A DNA stretch of 64,000 bases from NCBI GenBank assembly GCA_965249575.1, contig OZ252244.1:704001-768000 (forward strand), written 5' to 3'. The notes below the pieces were generated by a model. It made no database searches, had not been told where the DNA came from, and was given only the letters and a program-made list of their open reading frames with translations. Below are positions 39,673-49,353 of this stretch, piece by piece (positions within the stretch are counted from its first letter, which is position 1; each line of letters starts with the position of its first letter). The translations under genes were made by a program, and so were the position numbers. The DNA is from Gemmatimonadales bacterium. GTDB lineage: Bacteria; Gemmatimonadota; Gemmatimonadetes; Gemmatimonadales; GWC2-71-9.

Positions 39673-41172
39673 GTGAAGCCCAAGCTCAGAATCCTCTCCG
39701 GGGCGCGGGCCGGCACGGTGCTCGTGCTGTCCAAACCGCAGTTGGTCGTGGGACGTCACCGCGACTCCGACATCCGCTTTGACGCGGAGCGCGACCTCGA
39801 CGTGTCTACCAGACACGCGCAGATCGAGAAAAAGGGAGACCATTGGGTCGTTCGGGATCTGGGGAGTCGCAACGGTACGTTCGTCAACGGACACCGGCTA
39901 ACCGGCGAGACCAGACTCGACAAAACCGATCAGGTGCGCTTCGGGATCGAGGGCCCCTCGGTGGAGTTCATGGTCGTTCCCGACAGCACCCCCGACACCG
40001 TGGATGAGCCGTTGCCCGCTCGGGACGCTACCGTCAGACCGTCCGCTGGCGCTCACGCGCGGCCAGCGGCTCCCTCCCCGCCAGCCGTCGAGCGCCCGTC
40101 CAATCCCATCCACAGTGAGCCGTCCGTCGCGGCGGCGGCGAAGCCTCGATCAAGCACCACACAGCGCATTCGGGTCGAGGTCGCCCGCCAGACGAGGCGC
40201 CTTCGGATGGCCACCGGGATCTTGGCATTTCTCGTGATCGGCATAGGCGGAGGTCTGTGGTTCGAAAGCACCAGGCGGGAACGTCTTCGAGCCGAAGAAG
40301 TCGCTGCGATGCAGGCGCGGACCGACAGCATCTTGGCAGCGGCGGACGACGCGGTGCGCGGTCTCCAGGGACAGGTGCAGGGCTTGGAGAACGCGCTTCG
40401 GTCCTCGCAAGGTGAGGTGCAGCAGTTGCAAACCCGATTGGCTGCAGCCGAGGCTGCCGGTGACGCGACCCAAGTCGCGAGTTTGCGGCAACAACTGGAG
40501 GCGGCGGGCGAAGCGCTGCGCCGCCAACAGGTGGCTGCCCGCCTGGACTTTCGCGGCATCTACGACGGCAACCAGCGGGCGATTGCGCTGGTTTACGTCG
40601 AGTTCGGGCCAGGTGAGGTGTATACTGGCACCGCGTTCGCAGTGCGGCGCGACGGAACCATGATTACCAATCGGCACGTCGTCGCGGGCGCGGATGGCTC
40701 ACGGCGGCCGACCCGATTGGCTATCCAGTTTGCGGATTCGCCGCAGGTGTGGCCCGCGACGATCCTCGCCATATCGGAGGACACCGACCTCGCGATCGTG
40801 AGGGCCGAAAACATCCTGGGCGACGTGCCCACCGTGCAACCGCTTACGACATCAGCGACCGCGATACGGCCGGGCGAGCCCGTCGCAGTCATCGGGTTCC
40901 CACTCGGCGCCGAACTCCCCATGGCCACTGGTGCGCAGAACCAACGGATCGCGCGGACGACGTTCACGGCGGGAACGGTGAGTAAAGTGCTCCCAGAGCT
41001 CGTCCAGCTCGACGGGTATGGTGCCGAGGGATCCAGTGGTAGCCCGATTTTCGACAGCACCGGACAGGTCATCGGCATCGTGTACGGCGGTCAATCCGGC
41101 TCGGGGGGGCGTGTCGTCTTCGGAGTACCGAGCCGATTCGCGGCGCACCTGCTCTCGTCGGTCGCGAACTAA
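39673..41172 (+). CDS. FHA - TM - coiled coil - trypsin-like serine protease
   Basis: VGR..VSTRHA..DLGSRNGT; TM ILAFLVIGIGGGLWF; Gln-rich coiled coil; TNRHV, DLAIV, GSSGSP triad. Confidence 0.88.
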   Translation: MKPKLRILSGARAGTVLVLSKPQLVVGRHRDSDIRFDAERDLDVSTRHAQIEKKGDHWVVRDLGSRNGTFVNGHRLTGETRLDKTDQVRFGIEGPSVEFMVVPDSTPDTVDEPLPARDATVRPSAGAHARPAAPSPPAVERPSNPIHSEPSVAAAAKPRSSTTQRIRVEVARQTRRLRMATGILAFLVIGIGGGLWFESTRRERLRAEEVAAMQARTDSILAAADDAVRGLQGQVQGLENALRSSQGEVQQLQTRLAAAEAAGDATQVASLRQQLEAAGEALRRQQVAARLDFRGIYDGNQRAIALVYVEFGPGEVYTGTAFAVRRDGTMITNRHVVAGADGSRRPTRLAIQFADSPQVWPATILAISEDTDLAIVRAENILGDVPTVQPLTTSATAIRPGEPVAVIGFPLGAELPMATGAQNQRIARTTFTAGTVSKVLPELVQLDGYGAEGSSGSPIFDSTGQVIGIVYGGQSGSGGRVVFGVPSRFAAHLLSSVAN

Positions 41173-41175
41173 CCG

Positions 41176-42297
41176 CTATGCGGGGGTAATTCGTCCCAAC
41201 ACGCGCGGGCCCTGGGCTCCCGTGGCCGAGTGAACGTTCCCGGGCTGGCCCTCCAAGGTCAACCACCCCAACAGCGCGAATGCCACGGCCTCCTTCGCGT
41301 CACCACTAAAGAATTCCCTCTCGAACAATTGGATGTTCCGCCCCGGTAGCGCCGCGATCAGCTCCGCGATCAGCGTATCGTTGTGCGCCCCGCCGCCCGA
41401 GACCAGGACATCGCAGCCGCGTTCGTCGGGCAGCCACCGCCGGAGTTGCCCGGCGACTGCGGTACTCACGAATCGAACGGCCGTGGCGATACAGTCATCG
41501 CCCGTAGCATCGGGATGCCGGTCGGACACCAGCTCGATGAGACGGGCCCCGGCGTCTTCGCCGAACAGCTCCCGACCGGTGCTTTTGGGCGGCGGCGCGT
41601 CGAAGTAAGCATGCTCGAGCAGCTCGCCCACGACTTCTTCGACCGCGGTTCCACGCTTGGCCCGCTTCCCCCCGTCGTCGTAGGCGACGGCGGGGTCTAC
41701 GCGCCGTACGACCGCGTCGATCAGGGCACCAGCGGGGCCGGCATCGAAGGCCGTCACGTCGTCACCGTATCCGCGCCGTCGGACCCAGGTGGCGTTGGCG
41801 ATGCCACCCAGGTTCAAGAGAATTCGGGGGTGCTCCGGGTGTCCGAAAAGGAAAACGTCGGCTGCCGGCACCAGGGGTGCACCCTGTCCACCCGCGGCGA
41901 TGTCACGGCTGCGAAAGTCGCTCACGACGCGCACGCCAAGCCGCTCTGCAATGATCGCTGGGTCACCGAGCTGGAGCGTTGCCCGGCCAGCCTCGTGCCA
42001 TACGGTCTGGCCGTGCGAGGCCACGAACGAGAGCTCGTCCGGCTCGAGCCCGACCCGCTCGAGTATCGCGGCCGCCGCGGCCGCGAAGCGCTCACCGAGG
42101 ACCACGTTCAGCAGTGCGATGTCGCGGGCGGTACCACCGTGGATCGACTCGAGGACGGCTCTCCGCTCCGGCGGCGAATACGGGTCGATACGAAACGACA
42201 GCAGCTCGACCGAGTCCCGCGAATCGATTTGCACCAGCGCTGCATCTACGCCGTTGACAGACGTTCCCGACATCAATCCAACGGCCACGTCGCTCAC
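41176..42297 (-). CDS. anmK: Anhydro-N-acetylmuramic acid kinase
   Basis: GLMSGTS, SHGQT, DFRSRD.A.GGQGAPLVP, NLGGIAN, PKSTGRE, KEA.AFA. Confidence 0.92.
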   Translation of the reverse strand: MSDVAVGLMSGTSVNGVDAALVQIDSRDSVELLSFRIDPYSPPERRAVLESIHGGTARDIALLNVVLGERFAAAAAAILERVGLEPDELSFVASHGQTVWHEAGRATLQLGDPAIIAERLGVRVVSDFRSRDIAAGGQGAPLVPAADVFLFGHPEHPRILLNLGGIANATWVRRRGYGDDVTAFDAGPAGALIDAVVRRVDPAVAYDDGGKRAKRGTAVEEVVGELLEHAYFDAPPPKSTGRELFGEDAGARLIELVSDRHPDATGDDCIATAVRFVSTAVAGQLRRWLPDERGCDVLVSGGGAHNDTLIAELIAALPGRNIQLFEREFFSGDAKEAVAFALLGWLTLEGQPGNVHSATGAQGPRVLGRITPA

Positions 42298-43220
42298 GAA
42301 ACGACCTCCGGCGGATCACCCACCACACGCCGGACCACACCGTCGGCTTCGTCCAGAAGGTGCCGGGCCTGGCCGGGATCGACGCGTCGCCGCACCATCA
42401 CGATGGCGACCTTCACGCTCCCCCCGGCCGCCGCGATGGCCGTTCGTGCCGCCGTTCGATCCACCCCACCGACCTCCATCACGATGCGATCCGCGCGGTC
42501 GCGCAGTTTGTCGCTGATCGCCGTCAGGTCTACCATCAGGTTCCCGTACGCCTTTCCGAGCCGGATCATCGCCGTGGTGGTGATCGCATTGAGCACGAGT
42601 TTCGTTGCGGTGCCGGCTTTCAATCGCGTTGATCCGGTAAGGGCCTCGGGACCGACGCGTGGCGAGACGATGACATCGCACGTTTCCGCGAGGAGCCTCG
42701 GTGGATCAGTACACGTCACCAGCACGCTCTTCGCTCCGTGCGTTTGCGCGCGTCCGAGTGCCGCGCGCACGTACGGGGTCGTGCCGCTCGCCGCGATGCC
42801 AATCACGACGTCCCGCGAGGACACGCCACGCTCGTCCATGGCCGCCACACCGGCGGTGACGTCGTCTTCGGCTCCCTCGCGGCTTCGCACCAGAGAGGGC
42901 ACGCCACCGGCGATCACGCCCACCACCATATCGGGATGTGTGCCGAAGGTCGGCGGACACTCCGCGGCGTCCAGCACGCCAAGCCGCCCGCTCGTCCCGG
43001 CGCCGACATAAATGAGCCGGCCGCCGGAACGAAACGCCTCGAGTACGAGCTCGACCGCCTGCGCGATCTCCGTGCGGCAGGCGCGCACGGCATCGGGGAC
43101 GGTACGGTCCTCCGCATTCAGCATCTCGACGATCTCGAGCGTCGACGCAGCATCGATCCGAGTGGTGACCGGGTTGCGATGCTCCGTCAGTCTGGGATCG
43201 ACGAAATCAGGACCGGGCAT
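42294..43220 (-). CDS. murQ: N-acetylmuramic acid 6-phosphate etherase
   Basis: TEHRNP, GAGTSGRLGVLDAAECPPTF, EGAED, GPE.LTGSTRLKAGTA.K. Confidence 0.95.
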   Translation of the reverse strand: MPGPDFVDPRLTEHRNPVTTRIDAASTLEIVEMLNAEDRTVPDAVRACRTEIAQAVELVLEAFRSGGRLIYVGAGTSGRLGVLDAAECPPTFGTHPDMVVGVIAGGVPSLVRSREGAEDDVTAGVAAMDERGVSSRDVVIGIAASGTTPYVRAALGRAQTHGAKSVLVTCTDPPRLLAETCDVIVSPRVGPEALTGSTRLKAGTATKLVLNAITTTAMIRLGKAYGNLMVDLTAISDKLRDRADRIVMEVGGVDRTAARTAIAAAGGSVKVAIVMVRRRVDPGQARHLLDEADGVVRRVVGDPPEVVS

Positions 43221-43283
43221 TGAATCACCCTCCGAGGGCTGAGTAATTTCCACCAGGCATTCACTGGGGTCAACGTGGACAAC

Positions 43284-44965
43284 ATGCACCGATGGCTTCC
43301 CGCCCGGCACCGATGGTTCGTGGCGACCGGCGTCGCGCTCCTCACCAGCCTCCAGCCGAGCACTGGGTTGGGTCAAGCCGCGGCAGGCGCGGGCGCGGCC
43401 GGGATTCCAGCGACGTGGCCGCTGGCTGGCCAGGCACGGCCGGTCGTTGGCGGTTCCGCGATGGTGGTTTCGATCAGCCCAATCGCTACCGACGTGGGGC
43501 TCGACGTGCTGCGGCAGGGAGGTAACGCCGTCGACGCGGCCGTGGCGGTGGGATTCGCCCTGGCGGTGGTGCATCCATCGGCCGGAAACCTGGGTGGTGG
43601 CGGCTTCATGGTGATCCGAACAGCCGATGGTGCCACCAGAACGCTGGACTACCGAGAAACCGCCCCAGCTGGGGCGACGTCGGACATGTACCTCGACCCC
43701 GAGGGCAACGTAACGGACCGGGGCGTAATCGGTCACCTCGCAGCCGGCGTCCCCGGAAGCGTAGCAGGACTCGCCGAGGCCGCGGCCCGATACGGCCACC
43801 TGCCGCTCCCCCAGCTGGTCCAACCGGCGATCCGCTTGGCGCGGCTCGGCTTCGTGGTAGACGAGTACCGGAGCCGGTCCATCGCGCTCGCCCGAGGCCG
43901 CCTCAAGCGTTTCCCGTCTTCGGCCCGCCAGTTCCTCCCCGGTGGAGCGCCACCGGCCAACGGGGACACGCTGCGACAGCCCGATCTGGCGCGCACGCTG
44001 GAGGCCATTTCGCACGCCGGGGCAGCTGTTTTTTACTCGGGCGCTGTGGCGGCTCTGATCGCAGCGGAGATGGAGCGGGGGGGAGGGTTGATCACGAAGC
44101 GGGACCTGGCGGCCTACCGCCCGATCTGGCGGGAACCGATCACCATCGATTATCGAGGTCATACGATCTACTCGATGCCCCCGGCAAGCTCAGGCGGGGT
44201 CACGCTGGGAGAGATACTGAATACACTGGAGGGTTATACCCCTCTCCAACCGTTCGGCACTCCAAATCACGCCCACGTCACCGCCGAAGCCATGCGCCGT
44301 GCCTTTTTTGACCGCAACCGCTTCCTCGGCGATCCGGCGTTCGTCGAGATGCCGCTCGAACGACTGCTATCGAAAGACTACGCCGCCGAGTTACGAGCGA
44401 CCATCGACACCCTGCGGGCGACGCCGACACGGGCTCTCCCGTCCGCGGACGGAGGCGGGAACCAGACGACGCACTACTCCATCGTCGATCCCGCCGGCAA
44501 CGCGGTGAGCGTCACGACCACGCTCAATTCGAGCTACGGAAGCGCCCTGACGGTCTCATTCAAGGGGAGGCCAACACCATCGAGCCGGGAAAGCGAATGC
44601 TCTCGGCAATGACACCTACCATCGTGCTCGACCCAGACGGAAGCCTCATGATGGTGGTGGGAACGCCCGGCGGCCCGACGATCATCACGACGGTAGCCCA
44701 AGTGATCTCCAATGTCATCGATCACGGGATGTCGCTTCCCAACGCGGTGAGCGCGCCGCGCATCCACCACCAGTCCCTTCCCGACCAGATCTACTTCGAG
44801 AATGGCGGGCTGGCACCCGAAGCCGTAGCCGCTCTCGAGGCCCTGGGTCATAAGGTCCTCGAGCGAGGTGGATATAGCGGTCAGGTCGCTGCCATTCTTC
44901 GCGGACCCGAGGGATGGGTGGGCGTCGCAGATCCACGAGGGGCAGGGAGCGCGGGGGGATTCTGA
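43284..44965 (+). pseudogene. ggt: Gamma-glutamyltransferase with an internal deletion and frameshift
   Basis: GGNAVDAAVA, GGGGF, LDYRETAP, TTHYS; jumps from GSALTV to (G)LIQGEANTIEPGKRMLSAM in another frame; the GFLLNNEMDDF segment is absent. Confidence 0.85.
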
Positions 44966-44970
44966 CCAGA

Positions 44971-44999
44971 CGGGGCGGGACGCGATGCGTCCCGCCCCG
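44971..44999. terminator. GC-rich hairpin between convergent genes
   Basis: cggggcgggacgc-gat-gcgtcccgccccg, perfect 13-bp stem; no clear U-tract. Confidence 0.65.
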
Positions 45000-45024
45000 A
45001 TTGCCATCCGCGCTTACGGCTGGA

Positions 45025-45813
45025 TCAGATCAGTTCTTCGAGCAGGAACGGCGCGGTGAGGACGATCCGCACCAGCGCGCCCGCCGGGAGGATGATGTCG
45101 ATATCACGGGTCGCGGCCGCATATCCCACGCCGGCGGCTGCGCCAGCGGCGGCGCCGATCGCCGTGCCCTTCTTGTTTCCCCCGAGAAGCCGACCGGCGA
45201 TAGCGCCGATGACGGCTCCAGCCCCGACCTTGACGGCCTCGCCCCCAGTCACCCCGCGGCCTTTCATGTACGCCGCCAGCGTGTCCACTCGCGCCTGGAC
45301 GGCATACGTCTTCCCACCAAAGGCAACGCGATTGAATGTGAGAACCATGCGGCCCTCTCCTCCGGGTGATTCCGCAGGCTCGATGTCAGATATCGTCCCG
45401 CTAAAGACCGCCCCGGCGGGGATGACCGCATAGCCGTCTGCGTCCAGCACGTCCACACCCGCCACCGCCGTGACCGGCTCACCCTTCTCGTGGTGGCGCG
45501 AGGTGAGCGTGTCGGTCGCATAGAGTTCCACCACCGTTCCTTGCTCGACGGTCGGGATGCCCGGAGGCTCGGGTTCGGGGGCGCGCTCTGGGGGAGGCGG
45601 AGGGGGCGGCTCCCGCCTGGGTTGCGGAGCCGGCGGCCGCGGCCGAGGCTGCTCGGGCGGCCGGTCGTCGAGCTGCGCAACGGACTCGGCAGGCGCCAGG
45701 CTCAAATCCCGCGCCAACTCGGCGTCACCTGGTGAGCCCGACTGGGTATCGCCGCCGCAGGCGGCGAGGAACGCGAGACCTAACGTCAGTAGCGCGACAC
45801 GACTGGGCGACAT
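45025..45813 (-). CDS. Hypothetical lipoprotein with Pro-rich linker, VirB10/TrbI-like beta domain and glycine zipper
   Basis: GGAGG RBS; FLAAC lipobox; IPAGAVFSG; GAGAVIGAIAG...GAAAGAAAG. Confidence 0.75.
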   Translation of the reverse strand: MSPSRVALLTLGLAFLAACGGDTQSGSPGDAELARDLSLAPAESVAQLDDRPPEQPRPRPPAPQPRREPPPPPPPERAPEPEPPGIPTVEQGTVVELYATDTLTSRHHEKGEPVTAVAGVDVLDADGYAVIPAGAVFSGTISDIEPAESPGGEGRMVLTFNRVAFGGKTYAVQARVDTLAAYMKGRGVTGGEAVKVGAGAVIGAIAGRLLGGNKKGTAIGAAAGAAAGVGYAAATRDIDIILPAGALVRIVLTAPFLLEELI

Positions 45814-45906
45814 GAAGCACCTCCACAGGATCACGTAGCTGCACAGAGACTACCCCAACGACCTGCCTTGGAAGGCTCATGACGTCTCAAGAACGGCGCA
45901 AGTGCC

Positions 45907-46635
45907 CTACAAGCGGCTACGCAGGAATTCCGGGGTGAGGGCCTGGAGCCAGCCAGCCAATATCGTGAAGTAGCCGCTAGCGAGCAGCAGGCCCACAAAC
46001 ACCATGATGCCGCCTGCGAGCTTGGTCGTGAGCGGAATGAAGCGTCGGTATTTCTTGAACCACTCGATGAAGTGTTCGACCGCAAACGCGCTGATAAGGA
46101 AAGGGACGGCAAGACCGGCGGCGTACGCCGCGAGGAGCAGGATCCCGCGACCCAGGTCTGCCTGAGAGCCGGTGAAGAGAAGGATCGAACCCAAGATCGG
46201 GCCGATGCACGGCGTCCAGCCGGCGCCAAACGCCACACCCACCAGCGCACTCCCCAAATATCCCACCGGCTTGTCCTGCAGATGGACTCGACGCTCACGC
46301 GCCAACGGACCGAATTGGAACACACCAGCGAGGTATAGCCCAAACAGCACGATCAGGCCCCCGCCGATTCGCTCGAGCCACACCTGGTGGTAGTTGAGCA
46401 GACGTCCAAACACGGTGGCCGTCGCCCCCAACGCCATGAAAATGAGCGAGAAGCCCGCGACGAACAGTAATGCGTGGCGAAACGCGAGCCACCGTCGCTC
46501 CCCCAACTCGTCGAGTGAGAGACCCGTGATAAACGAGACGTAGCTCGGGATGAGCGGGAGGACACACGGCGAGAGGAAACTGAGGATCCCGGCCCCGAAG
46601 GCCAGCGTCAAACCCACCGATTCCGTACCGGCCAT
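45907..46635 (-). CDS. ccdA: Cytochrome c biogenesis protein CcdA
   Basis: SFLSPCVLPLIP and GWTPCIGPIL. Confidence 0.92.
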   Translation of the reverse strand: MAGTESVGLTLAFGAGILSFLSPCVLPLIPSYVSFITGLSLDELGERRWLAFRHALLFVAGFSLIFMALGATATVFGRLLNYHQVWLERIGGGLIVLFGLYLAGVFQFGPLARERRVHLQDKPVGYLGSALVGVAFGAGWTPCIGPILGSILLFTGSQADLGRGILLLAAYAAGLAVPFLISAFAVEHFIEWFKKYRRFIPLTTKLAGGIMVFVGLLLASGYFTILAGWLQALTPEFLRSRL

Positions 46636-46644
46636 ACGAGGGCC

Positions 46645-47598
46645 TTACTCCGCTCCGGCTGTGGTGTTCCCCTCGATGCACAGCGCCCGCAGGCCGACGA
46701 GCTTGTACGCCAGCTTGGCCGCGAGAAAATCCGGTGCAACTAATCCCGGGATCGGCGCGAGCTCGACGATATCGCATCCGACGACGCGCCGCTCGCGAAA
46801 CACGCGCTCGAGCAGCGCAGTGGCTGCGGGCCACGATGCCCCGCCGGGCTCGGGCGTGCCGGTCGCCGGCATGATCGCGGGATCGAAGAAGTCCACATCG
46901 ATCGTCACGTACACGTCGGGTTCGAGTGCGCCTACGACCCGATCCAGCCAGCCGGACTCGTTGAGCTCGTGCGCGAAAACCGTCGGGATGGCAGCACGCC
47001 GCATGAGTGCGCGCTCCCCGGATGTGAGAGACCGGACGCCAACCGGCACGATGGGTACCCGTTGGTAGACGCGGTGCATCACGCACGCGTGAGAGTACGG
47101 CGTGCCCTCGTATTCAGCGCGCAGGTCGGCGTGCGCATCGAGTTGAAGCACGGACACGCGGCGCCCATCCCGCCGGTCGGCATGCGCCAGGATTGGCGCC
47201 TCGGACAGGCTGTGCTCGCCACCGATGAGGATGACGAACTTCCCATCTTCTAGTAGCGCATCCATCACCCCACGCAGCACGGCGAGCGCGTCCTGCGGTG
47301 CGGAGAGCGGCAGTTCGAGCTCGGGGAGCGTGTGGACCCCGACGCGATACGGCTCCGTATCGAGTTCGTGATCGTAGAGCTCCACGTAGCGAGACGCGTG
47401 CAATAGCGCTCGCGGCCCGAACCGGGTGCCACCGATATACGAGACGGTCGCCTCGTACGGGACGGGGAGCATTACAACTTCGGCCGTCTTGAAGCTCGAG
47501 CCGTCTTGGGGAAGGCCGAGGAAGGTGTCCGGCGCTCCCCACGGCGCGCTACGGAGCGACGGTGGGTCCGCGTCTCCCAGTCCTCGGAGTTCGTTCAC
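46645..47598 (-). CDS. speB: Agmatinase
   Basis: PYE.TVSY..GT..GP, GGEHS, DAHADL, SHAC, DVD.FDP, GTPEPGG. Confidence 0.92.
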   Translation of the reverse strand: MNELRGLGDADPPSLRSAPWGAPDTFLGLPQDGSSFKTAEVVMLPVPYEATVSYIGGTRFGPRALLHASRYVELYDHELDTEPYRVGVHTLPELELPLSAPQDALAVLRGVMDALLEDGKFVILIGGEHSLSEAPILAHADRRDGRRVSVLQLDAHADLRAEYEGTPYSHACVMHRVYQRVPIVPVGVRSLTSGERALMRRAAIPTVFAHELNESGWLDRVVGALEPDVYVTIDVDFFDPAIMPATGTPEPGGASWPAATALLERVFRERRVVGCDIVELAPIPGLVAPDFLAAKLAYKLVGLRALCIEGNTTAGAE

Positions 47599-48155
47599 CC
47601 GCAGAAGACCAGGGCGGACACGACCGTTACCCATCGTCCATCGTCCTGCGCTTCCGCGGTGCAGCTGATATTGGTCGTCTTGACGATTTCCCCAGACAGC
47701 AGCCACTGCTCCTTGCGCTGATCCCACGCCTGTTCCGGATCGAACGGCACGCCCAGGACGGTCGCAAGCATGCTCGCCGCAAGGTCCTCCGCGTAATCAC
47801 CAGCGGGGTGTTGCCGCTGCCCGAACGTATGGTGCTCGGAGATATAGCCGTGGTGGTTGGGATCGGCGGGAATCGCGAGCCCAATCGAGGCCGCTGCCAG
47901 GCGAGAGGGCTCGTTTGTCGAGGCCTGAGCGACGACAGCGAACACGACCTGGCCGGGAGATAGCAACCGGTTGCCATGATCCCACGACACGATCTGACAG
48001 TGCGGTGGAAAGATGGAGCTAACTCGCACTAGGTTGTATTGCGCTATTCGTGCGTCCCGCAGCGCCAGCTCGAAGCTCGTGAGCTTCTCCTTGTCCCGTC
48101 CGACGCCCTTACTCAAGAACGCCTTCGTCGGCATGAACCGCTTGGGATCAATCAC
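47595..48155 (-). CDS. pdaD: Pyruvoyl-dependent arginine decarboxylase
   Basis: SFELALRDA.I..YNLVRVSSI.PP (Ser-Ser autocleavage), GYISEH; coupled to speB. Confidence 0.88.
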   Translation of the reverse strand: MIDPKRFMPTKAFLSKGVGRDKEKLTSFELALRDARIAQYNLVRVSSIFPPHCQIVSWDHGNRLLSPGQVVFAVVAQASTNEPSRLAAASIGLAIPADPNHHGYISEHHTFGQRQHPAGDYAEDLAASMLATVLGVPFDPEQAWDQRKEQWLLSGEIVKTTNISCTAEAQDDGRWVTVVSALVFCG

Positions 48156-48167
48156 CCAACGACCCTC

Positions 48168-48662
48168 TCACTGAGGTGATACCCGTGCGTGGAGCGTCCC
48201 CGCCTCGCGTCGCTGACAGTCGCGACAGATACCGTAGATCTCCAGCCGGTGGTGGTGATACCAAAAGCCGTACTCGTCGGCAATGAGCGATTTCATTCGC
48301 TCCAGTCGCTCGCTTGAAAACTCGACTACCTTGCCACAACTGAGGCAAATGAGATGTTCGTGGTGGCTCTTCGCGACCAGGGGCTCATATCGCTTGAATC
48401 CTTCACCGAAGTCGAGCTCCTGCACCAGCCCGGCACGCAATAGCAGGTCGAGAGTCCGATAGATCGTCGCTTTGCCAGCGGCCACATGCCGTTCCTGAAG
48501 GCCCCGCTCGATGTCGCCCACCGAGAGGTGGGCGTCCGCGAAGAAGACGAGCGAGGCGATCGCCACCCGCTGGTGCGTAATCGGCAGATTGTGGTCGCTA
48601 AGGTGCCGCCGAAAACGATCCAATAGCGCCTTGCCGTCAACCTTGGGTGGCGGACTGGTCAT
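48168..48662 (-). CDS. fur: Fur family transcriptional regulator
   Basis: T.QR, ATIYRTL, HHEHLICLSCG, YGICRDC; GGAGG RBS. Confidence 0.88.
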   Translation of the reverse strand: MTSPPPKVDGKALLDRFRRHLSDHNLPITHQRVAIASLVFFADAHLSVGDIERGLQERHVAAGKATIYRTLDLLLRAGLVQELDFGEGFKRYEPLVAKSHHEHLICLSCGKVVEFSSERLERMKSLIADEYGFWYHHHRLEIYGICRDCQRREAGTLHARVSPQ

Positions 48663-49047
48663 TCGCCTCCTGGTACCAAAGCGAAGGGGAGACCGACACC
48701 GCAGGGTCCCCGTCACCGGATCGTTGCTGGACACCGATCATGATCTGGTGAATCAACTCCGCCGGTCCCGCCCCCACTTCGCGTACCTCCGCTCGCTCCT
48801 GTCCTCGTTCCCGCCCCCGCGTCACCCGCATGAACTGAGCGGTGTAGATCCGTATCCGGTCATGAGCTACTCGGTGCGAGATGACCGCGGTTCCCCACTC
48901 GCGTCCGTCGCGGTACACGGCGGGGAAAACCCAAATGGCGTCTATCTCCGACGGTGGTACTCGATCCGCGACGAGAGCTGCGAGCCTGAGCCAGCCCGAG
49001 CCGAGGCCCTGGTCGGGCTGGCGTTCGAGCGCCGAATCTAGCACCAC
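48637..49047 (-). CDS. Hypothetical protein
   Basis: 136-aa ORF overlapping the fur start, globular composition. Confidence 0.65.
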   Translation of the reverse strand: MVLDSALERQPDQGLGSGWLRLAALVADRVPPSEIDAIWVFPAVYRDGREWGTAVISHRVAHDRIRIYTAQFMRVTRGRERGQERAEVREVGAGPAELIHQIMIGVQQRSGDGDPAVSVSPSLWYQEANDQSATQG

Positions 49048-49202
49048 GCCATACGGGAGGGATACCTGCTCGTGGAATCCGTACGCTCGAGCGCGGTTCG
49101 CAAACGTCGCCGGTAATACCCGGCAAGTCTCGTCGCTCTAGCTACCCATGCGGTCCCAAGAGCGGTCACGAGACTTCGCGCTGGCAGTACCTGTGTCGGC
49201 AT
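49038..49202 (-). CDS. Possible 54-aa Arg-rich small protein or leader peptide
   Basis: AAAGG 6 nt before ATG; stop overlaps the next start; below the ORF-track cutoff. Confidence 0.3.
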   Translation of the reverse strand: MPTQVLPARSLVTALGTAWVARATRLAGYYRRRLRTALERTDSTSRYPSRMAWC

Positions 49203-49316
49203 CGGGCGCCTTTCGGTGGGATTCGAGTAGGCCCTTGGCCTAGTGGTCGTCGCACAACTTAGGGGGCATGAGAAGGGGTTTCAACCCGAGGCATGGGGTA
49301 AGGGAATCAGTGGTTG

Positions 49317-49334
49317 CCGCCTAGTGGTAGGCGG
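49317..49334 (-). terminator. Hairpin downstream of priA
   Basis: ccgccta-gtgg-taggcgg 7-bp stem; no U-tract. Confidence 0.35.
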
Positions 49335-49353
49335 AATTTCGCGACGAAGTATT

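Noticed and set aside
26160..43011. Long antisense ORFs (e.g. 26160-27596, 41383-43011)
   Set aside because: Shadow frames of real genes, expected from high-GC codon bias; no motifs
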